NCBI GenBank assembly: GCA_964016885.1
Contig: OZ024740.1
Location: 373,798,001 to 373,862,000, forward strand
DNA length: 64,000 nt
From: Eledone cirrhosa
Taxonomy: Eukaryota
Reading direction: 5' to 3'
Numbering within the stretch: position 1 is the stretch's first letter; each line of letters begins with the position of its first letter. The notes beneath the pieces are model-generated. The model did not search any database, was not told the DNA's origin, and was given only the letters and a program-made list of their open reading frames with translations. The translations under genes were made by a program, and so were the position numbers. Positions 56,611 to 64,000 of this stretch are shown here, piece by piece.

Positions 56611-56801
56611 TAACGAAGCAGGTGTGGTAAAAAAAAACAGATGGACCATAACGCATCAGAGTACACAATACTTAGGGTAGTAGAGTGGGTAATAGGAGGA
56701 TGTTCAACCCCGACGGCAGAGCTCAACTTGCTTCGACGGCTATTTCAGAAATAGCCGTTGAAACGGCTTGAACCATCCCGTCGGGTTTAAACATTTTCCT
56801 A
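56611..56801 (-). mobile_element. Second copy of the hairpin-headed short element, (TA)n-flanked
   Basis: Hairpin 56693-56801; tagggtagtagagtgggtaatagga is the reverse complement of 23568-23592. Confidence 0.8.
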
Positions 56802-57298
56802 TATATATATAATATACCGTATGCATATTATTATATTCCCATAGATATGGACCTGCAATAATTAACATGAAGATTTTAGTTAAAGGATATAAGTAGGGGA
56901 TATGTATTATATTATTGACTGAACTACATTTTTAGACACTAAACCGTGACCAGAGTTACACGGGATCACCTTAAATATATCATTCGAGTGAATATTAATA
57001 ACACAATCGTTTTACAATTACACCCTGCAAGGCAGTAAATTCTATTCATAAAATGACCTTAACTGCCTAGCATATGGTAGAAATATAGTGTATTCACGCA
57101 AACCGCGTGTTGATTTATTGATAGGATTTATTGACAGGATACTGGAAATATCAATATCGCATGTTGTCCAATATTTATCATCTCATACACTATGATATAT
57201 CAATCAGAATAGAGAAATAAATATATATAGATATATATGTGTGTATATATATATAAACGCAAACACACAGACACACACGTACACACAGACAGACACAC

Positions 57299-57371
<73 letters not shown>

Positions 57372-57374
<3 letters not shown>

Positions 57375-57803
57375 CGTTATATTTAATTTGTTGGGATTCA
57401 ACAAGCTTAAAAATGTTTATTACTGATAAAAAGCACTCAACAATTTAGTGGAGTAAATACACAACGTATTAATACATGGAAACTATATTTATAAAACCAT
57501 ATTTATTTTATTATATATATTTCAAGCGCAACCAAGGGAAATTATGGTGCGCTTCCATCAGATAAAATAGAGATTTGTTTTATAAATAAATATTGACATA
57601 CCCGGAATAAAGTCCGCCTTACTGGATAGTCCAGGAAGCTCCAACCGTTAAGGTTGTCTTTTTTCCGGGTATGTCAATATTTATTTATGAAACAAATCTG
57701 TATGTTATCTGATGAACGCGCACAATAATGTGCCTCATTGGTTGCCTTTGAAATATATATAATAACATAAATATCGTTTTATAAATATAGTTTCCCTTTA
57801 TTA

Positions 57804-57806
<3 letters not shown>
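57372..57806. mobile_element. Palindromic HHR element (arms 57467-57612 and 57658-57806), (TA)n on both sides
   Basis: HHR + 57701-57769 (tatgttat-CTGATGA...GAAA-t-atat-ATA-ataacata); HHR - 57504-57569 (7 bp stem II aagcgca/tgcgctt, core CTGATGG). Confidence 0.88.
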
Positions 57807-57866
<60 letters not shown>

Positions 57867-57884
57867 CGTAAAATAGAGAATAGT

Positions 57885-57963
57885 CTTCCCTGACGACGAA
57901 ATGATTCCAATATTTTCTTCGGAAAGTATATTTATTCCATTTCAGAAACTAATTAGTTGGGAG
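57885..57963 (+). ncRNA. Type I hammerhead ribozyme, copy 1
   Basis: cttcc-CTGACGA-c-gaaatg...cTTCGg-capped hairpin...catttc-a-GAAA-ct-aatt-a-GTT-gggag. Confidence 0.82.
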
Positions 57964-58404
57964 TGAAATTTTAGTAAGTAAGTTAATTTTATAATTTTTT
58001 TATTTTACGTCTCTCATATTATTGTTCTGCAACCCCATGCATTGAACAACAAAGTTACTAAGACAAAACCTATATATTTGCTACCATTGATATGCATCTG
58101 TATGTATATATATGTTACTAGATATTAATTCTTTATAATTATCTCCAAATTATTTGTCGAGCAATATTGAACAAGACTGCTGCTATGGTAGCAGGCAGGC
58201 CGCTGTCTTATTAACAAACCACTTTCCACTGATTGACCTCGATGTCACGTGATTGATTCTTTTTGAATTTGCCACCGACGCAGAGGCAGTGATTTTCTCA
58301 ATGGCTAGGAATTCAGTCCACGCTTGCTATTTTCTATCCAGTGAATTATTTTTGAATAAGTTTCCAGAGTCCACGCTTTGCCTGGATACTTAGCAGAGAA
58401 TAGT

Positions 58405-58484
58405 CTTCCCTGACGACGAAATGATTCTCAATATTTTCTTCGGAAAGTATATTTATTCCATTTCAGAAACTAATTAGTTGGGAG
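58405..58484 (+). ncRNA. Type I hammerhead ribozyme, copy 2
   Basis: Same fold as 57885-57963. Confidence 0.82.
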
Positions 58485-59129
58485 TGAAATTTTAGTAAGT
58501 AAGTTAATTTTATAATTTTCTTATTTTACGTCTCTCATATTATTGTTCTGCAACCCCATGCATTGAACCACAAAGTTACTAAGACAAAACCTATATATTT
58601 GCTAGCATTGATATGCATCTGTATGTATATATATGTTACTAGATATTAATTCTTTATATATATATATATATATACAGAGTGAGAGGGATTGTGGGAGAGG
58701 TTAGCTAATTGACAGTGTATTAGATTTAGTAACTTGGCTTCAGTTCCAGTTCGCAGGGCTAAATTTCCCATTGAGCCTCTCATTTTCTATAAGTCGATAA
58801 ATAAAGTTCCCGGACAGGAGCGGTTGGTATCATAATTATTGTATCTAACGGGATACTCTACGTATCTGATCCGATCATGTGCATCTTCTTCACATTCTCC
58901 TGCCAGGAATTGTGCCCATCAAATAAAATCAGCTATGGCTCACAGTTCCATTGATTTTATCACGAGAACGACTCATTCCTTTTACACACACAAACGCATA
59001 TACACACGCACACACAAACACATATATGTATGTATGTATATATTATGTATGTATGACTGTACCTGTGTCTATGTGTATGTAAAGGTATATATATATATAT
59101 ATATATGTTTAAAAAAAAGAGAACAATTT

Positions 59130-59304
59130 AATTTAATTATATAATATTATTATTTTGCAATTTGGTTTGGTAGATCTATTTAGTTCTTTGTTAACTTCGC
59201 TGTTAACCAGGAATCTTTTTAAAAATCTCCCCACCTAAGTTAACAAAGAACTTACTAAATCTACCAAACCAAATTGTAAAATTATAATATTATGAAATTA
59301 AATT
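59130..59304. repeat. Palindrome (~68 bp arms), no HHR seen
   Basis: ttttgcaatttggtttggtagat...gttctttgttaactt / aagttaacaaagaac...atctaccaaaccaaattgtaaaa. Confidence 0.85.
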
Positions 59305-59428
59305 AGATTGTTAAGAACTGCAAGTGAAATCATTCTTTACCATTTTTTTAAAATATATCTAACTGTACCAGGGATATCATACATTTTCCAACACACAGAC
59401 ACACGCACACACACACGCACACACACAC

Positions 59429-59478
<50 letters not shown>

Positions 59479-59484
59479 ACACAA

Positions 59485-59738
<254 letters not shown>

Positions 59739-59867
59739 GGAAAGTTATATTTAAATTGTTGGGTTACAACTAGTAAATATTTATAACTGATATAAAAGCA
59801 CTCGACAAGTTTTCGGAGTATATTTACAATATTAAATAAATGGAAACTATATTTATAAAACCATATT

Positions 59868-59933
59868 TATTTCATTATATATATTTCAGGGATATCATAT
59901 TAACAATATGCTATGCCTTCCTCAGACAAAATA
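59868..59933 (-). ncRNA. Type I hammerhead ribozyme (mirror copy)
   Basis: Exact reverse complement of 60079-60144. Confidence 0.85.
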
Positions 59934-60078
59934 CAATATAAACAGTTTTATAGATAAATAGATTTGACATACCGTAACAACATCGACTTGTATTTGAAAA
60001 GTCAAATCAACTTTTCAAATACAAGTCGATGTTGTTACGGTATGTCAAATCTATTTATCTATAAAATTGTTTATATTG

Positions 60079-60144
60079 TATTTTGTCTGAGGAAGGCATA
60101 GCATATTGTTAATATGATATCCCTGAAATATATATAATGAAATA
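60079..60144 (+). ncRNA. Type I hammerhead ribozyme
   Basis: tattttgt-CTGAGGA-agg.ata.catatt-gtt-aatatg.tat.cct-GAAA-t-atat-ATA-atgaaata; predicted cut after 60136. Confidence 0.85.
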
Positions 60145-60186
60145 AATATGGTTTTATAAATATAGTTTCCATTTATTTAATATTGC

Positions 60187-60236
<50 letters not shown>

Positions 60237-60257
60237 TTATATATATATATATATATT

Positions 60258-60449
<192 letters not shown>

Positions 60450-61317
60450 TGTATATATATATATATATATATGTATGTATATATAATATAACATATATCG
60501 TTGGACAGAGAGATATCTATGTGAAAGAAAGAAAGTTGATAAAGATTGCGAAGACTGAACGTGAGGGGATGAAATAGTCTTCACGAAAATATACAATAAA
60601 ATCTAGGTTTTAGAAATCTAGGTGTTAGAAATATAGATATCCATGTTTTGTTTTGAATCTATACATGTATATAGAGGCAGAAGACACAGCATTTGATTTA
60701 TTATTCATCATAATCTATATATTAACGCATGTCACCGAGTCGTTCTAAGTTATAAACTTTCGCCGCCTCAGTACTTTCAATCTGAAATATATGTAGTTTT
60801 TATATTTATAAGTATCTGTAGAAACATATTGGAAGACACACATATACTTATACGCGCACTCATACGGACACACAATTACACACACAATAAGACACATCAG
60901 GCATGCTTTTGATTTATATCTATTACCGCCTTCATTCTTTGGACTGTGGCAATGGTGGTCACAGTTTTATGGTTTTAATTGATCTTATTGATCCAATCCT
61001 TCCTCTTCTCACTATGTCCTTCTATTTTATCTTTTGTTTTCTCATTCTATTTTCTGAAGAAGGACAATTATTCTATATTGCTTATATAATCCACTCAGTA
61101 GTAAAGTACCCTCTTACACCAACGACACCAATGACACGGTGATCATTAATCGTTAGGGATGCAATAGGTAAGTATGCACTTACCTATTGCATATCTATTA
61201 ACGCATAGACTAATTGCTGTTGTGTTCTCTCGACTATTTTTCTTCTCTTTCTGTGTATATTGCTTAACTCTCATCAATGAATGTTTTTCTAACCCGTACA
61301 CGAAATATTAATGATAA

Positions 61318-61534
61318 CGGTTTCTTATATAGTCACAAGGCCAGCAATATTGTTTGTTGGCGGATGGGGGGGGGGTCGATTAAATCAAACCCATTGCGTG
61401 AGTGGTACTTTATTTCATCGACCACGTAAGGATAAAAGGCAAAGTTTACCTCGCTGGTATTTAAACGCAAACCGTGAATGGACATAATCTATGTTGCAAA
61501 GCATGGTGTCTGACGCGCTATCGATACTGCCAAT
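61318..61534 (-). mobile_element. tRNA-derived SINE
   Basis: cacaaggccagcaat...ggggtcgattaaatc...ggtactttatttcatcgacc..gtaaggataaaaggcaaag...gatactgccaat. Confidence 0.85.
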
Positions 61535-61900
61535 CTTTAAGATGTAATGCTTTTTACCACAGCCTAAAAACACACTTCTTCACCAAATTTACTAACTTGT
61601 ATTTCTAACCTGCTTCACTTGATTTCTCCAAATACTTGCCTAACAAGTGGTTCTCAATATTTGATAATCCCTTTTTTATTATATGATTTAGTTAAATTCA
61701 ATCCCTTTTGATAATCTTAATGATATGCAAATTATTGTGTAAATAATCCTGATGATATGCAGGCATTAATGTGTAAATAATTGTTAATAGTTGTTTCTGA
61801 TAGATTCTTCGTTTACATACATATGTAAGCCTATCACATGTATAGAAATGATCATAGAAAATGGAAATTGACTTCATTTGAAACCCCTCCTTCTCTTCAT

Positions 61901-61969
<69 letters not shown>

Positions 61970-62067
61970 ATTGAGTATATGTTGGTTGTATACCAACACC
62001 TCAGTATGCAGATTGGAGCACTCGACGAGTGCACAGGTTGGTTTGGTTACTCCGGAGTAATGTAACA

Positions 62068-62747
<680 letters not shown>

Positions 62748-62919
62748 CGAAGGAAATGTGGTAAGGAACCAGGTGGCCTATATATATAAATATGAATATA
62801 TGTATGAATATATGTATATCATAATTAGCAACATAGTGTATGTTTAATTAAAAACATTTTGAAGACCAAACGCTATGAATTTTAAAGTAGTGATTAAATC
62901 TCGTGAAAAACAAAGAAGA

Positions 62920-62964
62920 GTGATCGACAGCTGTTTCTCGCTCGTTAGCGTTTATCAAGACCAC
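62920..62964 (-). ncRNA. Decayed type I hammerhead motif
   Basis: gtggtc-TTGATAA-a-cgct-aacg-agcg-a-GAAA-c-agct-GTC-gatcac; stems intact, core mutated. Confidence 0.65.
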
Positions 62965-63188
62965 ACAATCCCTTGATTTTGCCCAGATTTATAGAAGCTG
63001 GATACTTATAGACTTCCACTAATAGTTAAGACTTGATTAAACAGAGTGATTGCCGGTCGAGCAAAACACATATGTATTAGTATTGGTGCTATGAATTAGC
63101 GATATATACAAGAATGTATATATATATATATATATATATATAATAAATAAATAACAAAGAACGCTTATAGCATATGCATATCTTTACT

Positions 63189-63234
63189 TGCTAACATTGT
63201 TTCATCCGCACTATAAGTGGGACTCATCAGAGCA
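63189..63234 (-). ncRNA. Intact minimal type I hammerhead ribozyme
   Basis: tgct-CTGATGA-gtcc-cact-tat-agtg-c-ggat-GAAA-c-aat-GTT-agca. Confidence 0.85.
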
Positions 63235-63499
63235 TAAAGGTTAATTACATACCATACAAGCAATAACAAATCCAAGACATTGAAGAATGAAAGGTAATAA
63301 TAGACGATAGAGGATAAGAATAAAAATAAAAATAAAAGTAAAAATAAAAATAAAAATAAAAATAAGGGGTGCTATCAGTCACAGTTGGGCGGGGTGCTGT
63401 CAACATATAGTTACATACAAGCATACACATGGATAAGAGTACAGACAAGAGTAGACACATGGATAAGAGAACAGACAAGAGTAGATAAGATAATGGGAT

Positions 63500-63844
63500 T
63501 AGGTAAGAGTAGGTAAAAAATAGGTAAAAAATAGGTGAAAAACAGACTTATAATATATATAAAAAGAAATACAAAGAAATACATAACAAACTTACATATA
63601 AAATAAAAAAAATAAAATATAGGGTAAGGAATGAGATAAAATAATATAAAATTAAAAATTAAAAATTATATACATAGAACATAATATAGTATAATCGTAA
63701 AATAAGATAAAATAAGATAAAATAAGGTAAACTAAAATCAAATAACATAGACTAAATTAAAATAATATAATATAAGATATAATTAAATGTATAATTAAAT
63801 GTAATTAAATGTAATTAAATAAAATAAAATAAAATAAAATAAAA

Positions 63845-63875
<31 letters not shown>

Positions 63876-64000
63876 AAATTAAAAATTAAGAATTAAATAA
63901 ATAAATAAAATTTAAATTTAAATTTTAAAATTTTAAAATTTCAAAATTAAAATTAAAATTTAAATTTAAATTTAAATAAATAAATAAATAAATAAATAAA
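63500..64000. repeat. A-rich low-complexity region, (AAAAT)n/(AAAT)n
   Basis: Read directly. Confidence 0.9.

Larger units (their letters stand above)
57861..58658 (+). mobile_element. Non-coding element with two ~263-bp direct repeats, each with an HHR (retrozyme-like or tandem pLTR)
   Basis: Repeats 57875-58137 and 58395-58658 nearly identical; short inverted 5' piece atatgagagacgtaaaata; (TA)n on both sides. Confidence 0.9.
59741..60185. mobile_element. Young palindromic HHR element (arms 59827-60002 and 60010-60185), same family as 57372-57806
   Basis: 176-bp arms with one mismatch seen, 7-nt loop; long (TA)n on both sides. Confidence 0.93.

Noticed and set aside
63425-63485. 30-bp tandem duplication (acacatggataagag.acagacaagagtag x2)
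   Set aside because: Ordinary local slippage duplication

Overview
AT-rich, microsatellite-dense animal DNA, probably from an octopod cephalopod (inferred from the SINE family and the (TA)n/(AAT)n landscape). No host gene is confidently identifiable; one candidate coding exon lies at 20212-20558 (-). Recognisable content: (i) decayed L1/Tx1-clade LINEs, two near full-length and both inserted in (AAT)n; (ii) R4/Dong-clade RLE LINEs stacked with a Tx1 copy and a SINE tandem array in a ~16 kb (AAT)n-linked pile (34.5-50.7 kb); (iii) RTE fragments and tRNA-type SINEs; (iv) two coding remnants of Penelope-like elements (50.7-52.6 kb). The most notable signal is non-coding. About 19 type I hammerhead ribozyme (HHR) motifs from many sequence-unrelated families can be read by eye. 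Most sit in short ORF-less palindromes next to (TA)n tracts, with one HHR on each strand pointing outward. One element (57861-58658) instead has two HHR-bearing direct repeats, a retrozyme-like layout predicting a ~521-nt self-cleaved monomer. All folds and alignments were done by eye, so boundaries are approximate.
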